From positions 1-55,619 of the forward strand of contig CAVYRJ010000010.1 of NCBI GenBank assembly GCA_963770935.1: a stretch of 55,619 bases of DNA. The letters are read 5' to 3'. Position 1 is the stretch's first letter, and each line of letters starts with the position of its first letter. Position numbers and translations under genes: made by a program. Below, piece after piece: positions 31,159-40,082 of the stretch. The notes under the pieces were generated by a model, which saw nothing but the letters and a program-made list of their open reading frames with translations, searched no databases and was not told where the DNA came from. This DNA is from Candidatus Bathyarchaeota archaeon. Lineage in GTDB: Archaea > Thermoproteota > Bathyarchaeia > Bathyarchaeales > Bathycorpusculaceae.

Positions 31159-31362
31159 TTGGAAAATTTTAACGTGTTCGAATCTAAAATAAGTTCGCGT
31201 AGTAATTGGGGAAGTAATCTACCTTACGAGTGTCTTCGGTGTGGAGCAATTACGATGGGTGAAAACATAGCGGATAGAGGCGTAGTCAAGTGTGTTGTAT
31301 GCGGATACAGAGTTTTAAAGAAGACAAAATCGCCAGTAGTAAAGAGAGTTCCCGCAAATTGA
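31159..31362 (+). CDS. RNA polymerase subunit Rpo12/RpoP-like protein (probable paralog)
   Basis: YECLRCG...KCVVCGYRVLKK.K.PVVKRVPA. Confidence 0.75.
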   Translation: MENFNVFESKISSRSNWGSNLPYECLRCGAITMGENIADRGVVKCVVCGYRVLKKTKSPVVKRVPAN

Positions 31363-31429
31363 TATAAAAACTTAATCAAAATTGATTCTTTTTTAAGTCA
31401 ATATAGCTCCTTGCCTTTTGTGATTTTTT

Positions 31430-31455
31430 TGATTAAATTTTATTCCAAGAATAGG
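31430..31455. repeat. Island palindrome copy D
   Basis: TGATTAAATTTTATTCC-AAGAATAGG. Confidence 0.65.
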
Positions 31456-31591
31456 GTATTAGATTTTCTATTTTTTATTTTCTAAATTAATAAAAATCTT
31501 GGAAAATATTATTCTTACTCTTTTTTTAATCCGTTTAGAAATTAGAAATTCAATGACTGTTTTCTGCATTTTAAGAAAAATGAAGCATGTC

Positions 31592-32191
31592 TCAATGTGC
31601 AGATTTATTCTTCTCATCGTTTATTGAATTTGGGAAATCTTGTCTCAAATACGAACAATACTTGTCAACCAAACGGTCATAGTACCCAACTTCCATTCCA
31701 GAAGTACGAAGCAACCCATACTCGGTACATCCAAGCATCCAAGACATAACATGTGCAAGTTCAACTCTTTCACTTGAAGCAAAATAATCATTCTCAATCA
31801 ACTGAACAACAATAGCACTCATATTTTTGAGAAAATCAATAAATTGATTAAACTTGGCTTGTCCTACTTCTGCAATTCTCTTTTCAGGCAACCAAGCAAC
31901 ATAATGCTCAAGAATGTTTCCTCCAGCTGGGTCAATGGCAAACTTATCTTTGGGTAATAAGGTGCCCAGTTTGTAGTCTAATTTGCTTTTAACTATCATT
32001 TTGAATTTGGGTTCAACCATTACTCTGAAACTGAAGACAACTTCATCTTCAACTCTATCTCTGGTCAGGAAATGTAGACTCCGAACTCCTTTTAGCCCAT
32101 CAGCAAACTTGTAAACTTCAACAAGTACATTTTTCAATGAAGCAGGATTGCATTTGAAAACTGCAACACACCATTCTTTGGAAACGGTCAT
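31592..32191 (-). CDS. Hypothetical protein, 199 aa
   Basis: Long intact ORF with an upstream TATA-like element; no confident family. Confidence 0.7.
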   Translation of the reverse strand: MTVSKEWCVAVFKCNPASLKNVLVEVYKFADGLKGVRSLHFLTRDRVEDEVVFSFRVMVEPKFKMIVKSKLDYKLGTLLPKDKFAIDPAGGNILEHYVAWLPEKRIAEVGQAKFNQFIDFLKNMSAIVVQLIENDYFASSERVELAHVMSWMLGCTEYGLLRTSGMEVGYYDRLVDKYCSYLRQDFPNSINDEKNKSAH

Positions 32192-32261
32192 TTTCTTATC
32201 AACAAGTTGATTTCTCAGTTTTGTATTTAAATATCGTAATCAAGCTCGTTTAGGATTTTAT

Positions 32262-32285
32262 TGATTAAAATTTAATCCACCACCA
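32262..32285. repeat. Island palindrome copy E (contains the stop codon of the adjacent gene)
   Basis: Minus strand TGGTGGT-GGATTAAATTTTAATCA, read as ...WWWIKF*. Confidence 0.8.
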
Positions 32286-32624
32286 ATGCTGTTTTGGTTC
32301 AATAAAGAGAACTTCACTATTTTGTGTTAATTCGAAAACCTTATTCAATCCATATTTTTCGACTTTAGCTTCATAGACGCCCTCTGCAAGCTCAGCAGTT
32401 ACGTTCCCATTATTATCGGTATTCACCGAGAGTATCAACCTTTTAAATGGAGTTCCATTTTTGAGATTTTCAGCCCATTGATCGAGCGTTATTGGTTCCT
32501 TTTCTAATCTGAAAACTTTAACATTAACATCCTTGATTGGTTCATTTCTTTGAAAATTAACCACTCTTACGACAAGCACATAAGTCTTTTCCAAAGCGTG
32601 AATATCAAATTCTTGTGTGACCAA
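32265..32624 (-). CDS. Carboxypeptidase-regulatory-like / prealbumin-like beta-sandwich protein
   Basis: V.VVN....PI.DV.V.V ... TDNNG.V...L.EG.Y...VEK.G. Confidence 0.65.
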   Translation of the reverse strand: MVTQEFDIHALEKTYVLVVRVVNFQRNEPIKDVNVKVFRLEKEPITLDQWAENLKNGTPFKRLILSVNTDNNGNVTAELAEGVYEAKVEKYGLNKVFELTQNSEVLFIEPKQHWWWIKF

Positions 32625-32976
32625 TGTAAAAACCTGAATATTCTTATTCTGAGACTTGCAGATTTAAGACTTATCATCCATGAAGATTTAAGGTATCCTA
32701 CGTTCTATCTTAACCAATGGGTGGAACTTCAAACACTCGATTAAAATGAAATTCAACTTATCTTGTACTTGTTTATGAAGTTAAAAGCAAAGACAAAAAT
32801 CCATCTCTGCACATATTATCTAAGGAGAAGTTTTTGTGAGTAAAAGCAGATTTTTTGATTCACCAAATTGTGGGGGCTGCATCTATAAGGGGGGCAGTTA
32901 CTGTTGGGGGCAATGCTCCCTTAACATTTGGAAAAGAGACAGGGATTACTAAGGCTTCTACTGGAATGCTTGTGAT

Positions 32977-33177
32977 ATGGAAAAATTTGAGAGGTTAAGT
33001 AATGAAGTTCTCGTTAGAACCTGCCCCTGCGGAATCGTATTCAAAACATATGATCTAAAAAAAGTGTACCATTCAAACTGTTGTATGGCAAGTTACGTTA
33101 GAAAAAGATATGGAACCTTGATAGCCCAAAGAAGGAAACATAAGCAAAAGAAGTTTGAAGAGAAAAATAAAAAATAG
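32977..33177 (+). CDS. Small basic Cys/His-containing hypothetical protein
   Basis: RTCPCG..F......YHSNCC; Lys-rich tail. Confidence 0.55.
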   Translation: MEKFERLSNEVLVRTCPCGIVFKTYDLKKVYHSNCCMASYVRKRYGTLIAQRRKHKQKKFEEKNKK

Positions 33178-33302
33178 TCTAAATGGGAAGAGTTAGAGAA
33201 AGTGCCTCAGTCTTGGGTCTTCAACAGGATTTTCAATCAGACGGCAGAAGACCAAAACTTACTGTGCCTTTGTGTTTACTTCGCGTGTTTCGCAAAGTAT
33301 TC

Positions 33303-33590
33303 CTAGGCTTTTGCAAGCATTATTTCAATTGTTGAAACCATACGTGCTCTGTTTTCGCCTTCTCTTGGCGGCATCTCCTCTGTTCCTATCAAGATTTTTT
33401 GTACTTTCAGGTCTTTCAGGAAGCGATTTCTGGTTATTTCAGCTGCGTCAACAGCTGTAGCTATTGCTTTTCCTCTGGCTTTCAAAGTTATATCTTTAGC
33501 ATCGCTCGCGGACAGGCCTGTCATAATCGCCATAACATAGTCCATGGGCATCTTGTTTCCAATGAAGACAATTTTTGATTTTTCCGACAT
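33303..33590 (-). CDS. albA: DNA/RNA-binding protein Alba
   Basis: FIGNK..MDYV, LKARGKAI..AVD.AE, VSTIEI.L. Confidence 0.92.
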   Translation of the reverse strand: MSEKSKIVFIGNKMPMDYVMAIMTGLSASDAKDITLKARGKAIATAVDAAEITRNRFLKDLKVQKILIGTEEMPPREGENRARMVSTIEIMLAKA

Positions 33591-33702
33591 TTTCCATCAC
33601 CATTTATTCATACCGTTACTGACTATACTACACAAACTTCCCTATAAGGCGATTAAACAACAGAGCAGCACTGTAGATATTGTCGTAATAAAACAGAGCC
33701 AG

Positions 33703-33730
33703 TTGGGTTTTGGGGATTAAATTTTAATGC
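33703..33730. repeat. Island palindrome copy F (flank inverted relative to A/B/C)
   Basis: TTGGGTTTTGG-GGATTAAATTTTAATGC. Confidence 0.82.
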
Positions 33731-34132
33731 TGTTCAGTTAAAGCTCTTGTTGAAGGATAGATTCTTAGCTTGACCATAGCTCACATGTTGGGCGTCGTAT
33801 CTGCGGACATCTTGGAAGAGATAAAAGCCAACAAGCAGGCATGAATGAACTTCAAAAGTTTTCACCGAGTACAAGAGGGTTCGCGTGGCCTAAATACAAG
33901 GTGCAAGAAACCTTTCTGCAGAATTCCGAAATAGGCAGGTATTTTATTGAGATGACAAAGAAGAATAAGCAGTTCGGGTTGGGCGGTATAGAGAAATATT
34001 ACTAATTAGCTTCAAATATTTTCTTTCAAAACGGTTATCCAAGGGCAAAATCCGTACATCCTATTTTCTCGATTGTTGTAGCTAGGGCACAATCACGCTC
34101 GCTTAAACGACGGTTTTCACTAACCCGTTTAG

Positions 34133-34630
34133 GTGAAAAGTATGGTTATAGACGAAAAACTCTCAGAAGGAAAAGAAACAGTACAAGTAGAGTTCAGGGA
34201 GGTAAGCAATACTGGGGTCTATATAGCCCACACAGAAGCCAATCAGATAAACTCAATAAATCTATTAGAACAGAATGGCTTTAGGGCACTAACTTTTCAA
34301 GATGCACTTATAAAGATAGATCGGAACCCAGAATTAAAGGAGCAGCTGAAAGGCAGATGGTTATATCTGGACGGGAAAGGCTCTGAATTGTCAGGATTTT
34401 ACATATTCAACGAGAAAGGAGAACTTTCAAAGATCTCTGGACCGGCCATCCTAAAAAAAGGAAAAGGAGATTTAGAGAAAATTGTTTTTGTTTTGAAAGG
34501 TTCCCAGCCGTTGTCGCTCCTCGTGCAAACCGACGACTTCGCCCGTTACGGCGGGTTCCGTTTCGGCCTCTATGCGACCTACGGCCACTCCGACGTTGCG
34601 GGGGTGGTTGTTGGTTGGAATAAAATTTAA
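34133..34630 (+). CDS. Hypothetical protein with a DGR-variable-region-like C-terminus
   Basis: Intact 165-aa ORF; about the last 40 codons switch abruptly to A-poor, NNC-rich sequence; stop codon lies in palindrome copy G. Confidence 0.7.
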   Translation: MKSMVIDEKLSEGKETVQVEFREVSNTGVYIAHTEANQINSINLLEQNGFRALTFQDALIKIDRNPELKEQLKGRWLYLDGKGSELSGFYIFNEKGELSKISGPAILKKGKGDLEKIVFVLKGSQPLSLLVQTDDFARYGGFRFGLYATYGHSDVAGVVVGWNKI

Positions 34631-34633
34631 TCT
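34607..34633. repeat. Island palindrome copy G
   Basis: GTTGTTGGTT-GGAATAAAATTTAATC; 24/26 identical to 30006-30031. Confidence 0.78.
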
Positions 34634-35508
34634 TTCTTTCTCTCTGCTAATCTAGTAATGGAAAAGCAAGGTATAGTATAGAAAACAAAATAGTTATTGT
34701 CGAAATCGAATTCACACATTAAACAACTAAAAAAAATTACATTTAAAGATGTATAGTCTAAAAAAAGAGCCGCCAGCGCCTATTTAAATTGCATTTAGCG
34801 TATGTGTTTAGCTGTTTTAAGTTGTGTTTGATTCTGAAACATGTGTGTGCTGGGTTTCTTGGAGGAATATGCAGTGTTTTTTCTACGCTTAGATGCTTTC
34901 TAGGGCGGCTTCCATTTAGAAGATGCAACTGACCTTTGCGGTGTTTTATCAAAAACCCTTGGAAAATGCTTCTTTTTAAAAAACCAGCTTAAATCAAAAA
35001 CAAACAAGAGAAGATGCTGCTGCTACTGCAACTTTTATTACTAGCACCAGTTGCATCAATCAAACACCTACAAAACTAAGCTTCAACAATAGAAAGCTCA
35101 GATATCAGCCAAAGCCAACACCGCGAAAAACGCCACACCAACCTTATATAACCAAGTCAAAAAAACCAAGCAAAATAACGTACAGGCAGTTATCTAAAAA
35201 CACACCATTTAGCTACTTGGAAATGGCTTCTAACAATTCAAGATTAAGTTGCTTTCTACATACTTTTTTAAGGTCATTTAAAAAACAAAACAAAAAGCGT
35301 AAGTTTATTCTTCTCTTCTATCGACGGAAAACTGTTTTGTTATGTTACGGTTTTTGAAATATGATTTATATGCTTTTTGTAGTGTGCCTTGTTTGGGGAA
35401 AGTAGGAGTATTTTGAGAATTGAAGTCTGTAGTACTATTTGTTAGGAGAATGAGGGAATGGAGCCAATCAAAAATGGCAGAGAGAATCAACACGGAAAAT
35501 GATTAATC

Positions 35509-35769
35509 ATGCAATTTAGACGCTTTCGCTCCTCGACCTTTTTCCCTTCTAAAAAAACGCGTTACGTTTTTCTTAGACTTACAAAAGTTTTTTTGCTATT
35601 TAGCACTGGCGTCTATTTGCTAACGTTGCCATTTTATTATTTTATTGTGGCTTCTCCGTTAGGGATAGCGGATTTCTTAATGCCTTTTGAAGTTATTTTT
35701 TGTTTATTTCTGAGTTTAACAATGTTTGGTTGGTTTACTAAAACTGTTTGGGAAATTTTGAAAACATGA
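35509..35769 (+). CDS. Small two-TM hypothetical membrane protein
   Basis: ATG start; two hydrophobic segments. Confidence 0.5.
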   Translation: MQFRRFRSSTFFPSKKTRYVFLRLTKVFLLFSTGVYLLTLPFYYFIVASPLGIADFLMPFEVIFCLFLSLTMFGWFTKTVWEILKT

Positions 35770-35818
35770 ATTCAAAAGAAAAAATCAAAATTCAGGTAAA
35801 TCTGAATATCGGTACCTC

Positions 35819-37099
35819 TCACTTTTTAAGTAATTTCATCAGTTTGGGCATTAATTCGCATCCTCGCTCGAGTGTTCCTAGGCTGCCTTTGGCGCATTCC
35901 TTCTCGCTAAACTTAACTGCTTTGCCGCCATCACTGACATGGTCCCCTGAAATCAGCACGGGAACAGGTGTGTCGCTGTGCACTTTAAGCGAGCAGGGTG
36001 TAGCATGGTCAGTGGTTATGCAAATTAGGTTGTCTTTGAGAGAAATCTGTTTTAACAGCGGTCCAAAGAAGTATTTGTCTATGGCTGATATTATTTTTGT
36101 TTTGGCTGCGCAGTTGCCGTCGTGTCCTGGTTCGTCTGGTCCTTTAAGGTGGATGTAGAAGCAGTCGTGTTTTGGCAATATATCAAGCAGGGCTTTTACT
36201 CGGACTTCGCAGTCTTTCTGCAAATTGCATGAGGGCGGCGGAAGAAGTGATGCCTCCATGCCTGCAAGTTGTGCTATTCCGCGTTCAGCATGCATGTCCG
36301 CTAAACAGGCAAAGTTTACGTTGTAACGCTGGTTTATGTTGAAGAATCTTGGAAGCAGATGACCTGCATCCCGTGTTAACACCACGTTTGCTTTAAGTTT
36401 GCCTTCCGCAGCACGTTTGACGTTTATAGGGTGGTTTTCCCAAAGAACGTGGGATTTTTCAATAAACTCGTTAACTAAGCCTGCGGAGACTTTTGCTGCT
36501 TCCGTTTTATCGGTGGGTTCGCTGGTTTTAAGCTCCATGTCTACGTCGGTTTTTGCAACTCCTATACCGTTAACCACGGTGTAGGCTGGGTCACTGTTGG
36601 TTATTTCGCTTGAGAGAGGCTTGGCTTTACTTTTAATTAGCAAAACTGCCCTGTGCCCTAAGGTATTTCGGAACTCAAAATCCGCAGGGTAAGAGGTCAA
36701 TTTGACTTCTTTATTAACAGCTTTAGTAAGCACGGTGGCTTCTTCAGTGCTCAATGTTCGGGCTACGCGGCGGTCAAGAATGTTTTTTCCTTCACCCAAT
36801 GTGGCAAAGTTGCATCGCAGTGCTAAATCGCCATCTTTCATATTCAAGCCAACGCCAGCCGCTTCTATGACGCCTCTGCCTGTGCTATATTTGAAAGGAT
36901 CATAGCCTAAAAGCGAAATTACTGCAACGTCGCTCTCTGGCGCCACACCTTTCTTCACCGAGTACATTAAACCAGTTTTCCCAGTTTTAGCAAGAGAATC
37001 CATATTTGGGGTTTCTGCTACTTCAAGAGGAGTTTTATTGCCTAAAGTTTTGATTGGCAAGTCGCCCATACCGTCTATTGCAACGAAGATTAGTTTCAA
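35819..37099 (-). CDS. apgM: 2,3-bisphosphoglycerate-independent phosphoglycerate mutase (archaeal type)
   Basis: DGMGD, TPLE.A.TPNMD, PESDVA..SLLGYDP, HLKGPDEPGHDG, TDHATP, HSDTPVP. Confidence 0.9.
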   Translation of the reverse strand: MKLIFVAIDGMGDLPIKTLGNKTPLEVAETPNMDSLAKTGKTGLMYSVKKGVAPESDVAVISLLGYDPFKYSTGRGVIEAAGVGLNMKDGDLALRCNFATLGEGKNILDRRVARTLSTEEATVLTKAVNKEVKLTSYPADFEFRNTLGHRAVLLIKSKAKPLSSEITNSDPAYTVVNGIGVAKTDVDMELKTSEPTDKTEAAKVSAGLVNEFIEKSHVLWENHPINVKRAAEGKLKANVVLTRDAGHLLPRFFNINQRYNVNFACLADMHAERGIAQLAGMEASLLPPPSCNLQKDCEVRVKALLDILPKHDCFYIHLKGPDEPGHDGNCAAKTKIISAIDKYFFGPLLKQISLKDNLICITTDHATPCSLKVHSDTPVPVLISGDHVSDGGKAVKFSEKECAKGSLGTLERGCELMPKLMKLLKK

Positions 37100-37161
37100 T
37101 GTATTTGCCTCGTCTATGTTAGAGCTAGCTCGGTTAGCTTATTATTTTTTCCGTTAAATAA

Positions 37162-38106
37162 TTATTTTTTAAGGGACAGAATCCTTCGAATCTCATCCTG
37201 CGACTCCTGTGGAGTCCCAGTTGTGTTCACAAGGTAAACGCTGGTTTTCCCAAAAAGACGGCGGAAAAAGTTTGTTCTAAGTGCAATTTTTCTTTTGTCC
37301 CGTACTAGTTGGTGTGGGTTGCAAAAATTTTGTGTCAACAGGTACTGCACTGCTTCCTCAGCACCTAACGTTTTAACAATATTCTTGTCTGAAGTGTCAC
37401 GTTTAAGCAATATTATTTTGTGTATCGTCGCCATTGGAATGACGCCGCCGTGGCCAACAATCCACCGCACATTCACGATTGCCCGACCACGCTGATCAAA
37501 GGTTGCCTTGTCAACTAAACGTTCATACTCATTCCATATTTTGCCTATGTCCGCTTGTATGTAGTTATTTTTTTCGGAGCCAAACGCTAATGGCTCCCGA
37601 CTGCTAAGACGCACAAAATACCAATCGTCACTGATTAGACGAGCAGTTGGATTACGCAGCAAACCCCAAGAATGTGTAGTTTTGCCAGTTCCAGAAGGCG
37701 CAATAATTGAAACCCCCATACAACCAATATCAATCATAGCACCGTGAACAGAGTGAATCCCATGCTCATCTTCCAAAATATCCCCCGCAACAGCCAAGGC
37801 TATGCTCTTCACCCAACCATAATAGTCAACGTTAATCAAAAAAGCCGTCTTAGTAAGTGGGTCATACTTAACGCTAAAAGGCTGCCCTTGCTCAGATAAC
37901 ACAACTAGTCGCCCGTGTGAACGATTGTTTTCGTTTGCACTAAAAAAGTTGTCTTCCCATTTGTCCTTGATAACCTCGGAGTCGGTTAAGATTTTTATGC
38001 AGCAACCATAGATTTCAGCTTTGCTCGTGTAGAGAAGTCGGGGCTCGTAGGCTTCGTACAGTTGATCTTTTTCTTGAGGACTAATTAACTGAACAGAATA
38101 ACTCAT
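37162..38106 (-). CDS. HPr-kinase/PEPCK-like P-loop protein
   Basis: SVHGA, APSGTGKTT, LISDDW. Confidence 0.7.
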   Translation of the reverse strand: MSYSVQLISPQEKDQLYEAYEPRLLYTSKAEIYGCCIKILTDSEVIKDKWEDNFFSANENNRSHGRLVVLSEQGQPFSVKYDPLTKTAFLINVDYYGWVKSIALAVAGDILEDEHGIHSVHGAMIDIGCMGVSIIAPSGTGKTTHSWGLLRNPTARLISDDWYFVRLSSREPLAFGSEKNNYIQADIGKIWNEYERLVDKATFDQRGRAIVNVRWIVGHGGVIPMATIHKIILLKRDTSDKNIVKTLGAEEAVQYLLTQNFCNPHQLVRDKRKIALRTNFFRRLFGKTSVYLVNTTGTPQESQDEIRRILSLKK

Positions 38107-38305
38107 GAAAAGGGTTCTCCAGAAACTCGTATAAGAAATTAGAACTTAAACAAGCCGATAAGGTTTTCGTGAAAAAATTGGGTTCAAGTACCTCTTGCTA
38201 ACACCAAATAGGGTCCTAATTAAAATCACTCTAAATCTGCCCAGTTTCAACAAAACAGTAAGACAAAAACTAAAAGTATATAAGGGAATATCGGAACGTT
38301 ATGCA

Positions 38306-38430
38306 GTGTCTGCCGGTCAAAGGGCACGGGTTCCACCTGATCCCATTCCGAACTCAGAAGTTAAACCGTGTTCCGTTTCCAGCTGTAGTGTGGTCTTAGG
38401 CCACGTGAACCTGGGAAAGCTGGCAACACT
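38306..38430 (+). rRNA. rrf: 5S rRNA (stand-alone)
   Basis: CCACCTGATCCCATTCCGAACTCAGAAGTTAAACCG core; terminal helix TGCCGG/CTGGCA; upstream AAAAGTATATAA promoter. Confidence 0.93.
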
Positions 38431-38520
38431 TATTCTTTATCCTATTAATACTTCTAAGCGAGATTTAGCATAGCTTTATAGGCAACCTATAATAGTTTTT
38501 GAAGATGTGGTGTTACTAAA

Positions 38521-39630
38521 GTGAGTCTTATTCCCGGAAGCGATTCAATTACACAGATAATCAGCTTGCTATCATACGTGTTCTTCATCGTGCTCATCTT
38601 CTACGGTCAACGTATCCAGATGTACGTGATGATCCGCGAAGTCGAAAACAGCCTGCATAAGCTGCGGCACATAAAAGAGGAAGGCAGAAAAACTGCCATC
38701 GAAACCATAAAAGAAATCGGCAAACCAACTAATGACCCATCCGCACGAGTAGATCGATACCTAGACTACTTCACAATAGCACCACAGAGCATGGATCCAG
38801 CAGGCATCGTAAACAAACTCGACCACATCCTAGACGTACGGGATGAAAGACTAAAAGAAGAAGTCAAACTTATGGCACCCCTAATCCAAAACGACGAAGT
38901 CCAAGTAAACAACCTCGAAAACACCCTTGAAGCTGCCATGGCACTCAACTTCATCTACAAAGTTGTGCGGCACTACTACATCCAAGGTAAAAAAACCCTG
39001 AGCCTCTATGTGATAATGCAGCTTCAAATGATCTTGCCTATGGTTATGAAGGAGGCCGAAGCTTACTCAAGCGCGCTTAAAGCGTTTGCTTATGGGCAAC
39101 CAATTGGAGATGGCGCGGGTCCATTGGTGGCGGGAAAACTCATGCACGGCTACGAAATCCGCAAGTTACCCAAAGATTGCGTTATGGCAACGGTGCCAAT
39201 TGAAGGTCGCACCGGCTTAATTATAAAGGCTGAAGGTCCAGGCGGAAACGTCGGCAAACCAGGCGACGCCATCGCGGCAGTCATCGAGGAAAACGAAGGT
39301 AAAATCGGTTGCCTTATCATGATTGACGCAGGCTTAAAGCTTGAAGGCGAAACAGTCGGCGAAGTCTCCGAAGGTATTGGAGCAGCAATCGGTGGACCAG
39401 GCGTTGACGCTTACAAGATTGAAGAGAAACTAACTAAGTACATGATTTCCAACTACGCAGTAATTATCAAACAAGACATCGGCGACGCAGTCTCACCAAT
39501 GCGTAAGGAAATCCATGATGCAACAGACAAAGTCATTGAACGCGTCAAGGCAGTTGTCGTTGAACGTACCAAAGAAGGCGACAAAGTGATAATCGTCGGA
39601 GTCGGCAATTCTATTGGAGTTGGGCAGTAA
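38521..39630 (+). CDS. DUF1512 family protein
   Basis: PQSMDPAGIV, PIGDGAGP, KAEGPGG.VG.PG, IDAGLKLEGE, GVGNSIGVGQ. Confidence 0.85.
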   Translation: MSLIPGSDSITQIISLLSYVFFIVLIFYGQRIQMYVMIREVENSLHKLRHIKEEGRKTAIETIKEIGKPTNDPSARVDRYLDYFTIAPQSMDPAGIVNKLDHILDVRDERLKEEVKLMAPLIQNDEVQVNNLENTLEAAMALNFIYKVVRHYYIQGKKTLSLYVIMQLQMILPMVMKEAEAYSSALKAFAYGQPIGDGAGPLVAGKLMHGYEIRKLPKDCVMATVPIEGRTGLIIKAEGPGGNVGKPGDAIAAVIEENEGKIGCLIMIDAGLKLEGETVGEVSEGIGAAIGGPGVDAYKIEEKLTKYMISNYAVIIKQDIGDAVSPMRKEIHDATDKVIERVKAVVVERTKEGDKVIIVGVGNSIGVGQ

Positions 39631-40070
39631 TGAAGATGAAAAACATGACGCAAAACCAGACTCAATCTGCATCGGCAAACAAAAAAATCAGCACATACCT
39701 TACCATGATAGTCTTAATCGTTATGGCGCTTGCCGTCACTGCGCTTTTCATAGCAGCAGAAACCTACATAGTAGGCGACCAGTTAGCTGCAGGTGTCTTA
39801 GCAGGCATAGGATTACTTGCACTGGTGCTCTCTGTGTTTTTACTCTACCAGTCAAAGATGCAGTCTGCGCAAGTGAAAATTGAGGTGCCTAAAGTCATGA
39901 CTACAATCGGATGCGTAAAGACCTGTGACCAAAAAAACGTTCGTGAATTCCAACGTGGAGACTATGTTTACAAAGAACTTGACTCATCCTGCCAAAAATG
40001 CGGCGGCAAACAAATGATAACAGGCATCTTCAAAGAAGTTAAAGAAAAAGAAAAAACCTACAACGTCTAA
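39630..40070 (+). CDS. Two-TM protein with a C-terminal Zn-ribbon
   Basis: C..TC...REFQRGDYV....CQKCGG...ITGIF. Confidence 0.75.
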   Translation: MKMKNMTQNQTQSASANKKISTYLTMIVLIVMALAVTALFIAAETYIVGDQLAAGVLAGIGLLALVLSVFLLYQSKMQSAQVKIEVPKVMTTIGCVKTCDQKNVREFQRGDYVYKELDSSCQKCGGKQMITGIFKEVKEKEKTYNV

Positions 40071-40082
40071 AGAAGTTTTACT

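Noticed and set aside
30006-34633. CRISPR array interpretation of the island repeats
   Set aside because: Spacing is 400-1450 bp and irregular, orientation is mixed, and no cas genes are present.
33730-35500. DGR template repeat or reverse transcriptase near the VR-like gene
   Set aside because: No AAC-rich second copy of the region and no RT ORF visible in the window.
38195-38473. 92-aa ORF
   Set aside because: It overlaps the 5S rRNA gene; spurious translation.
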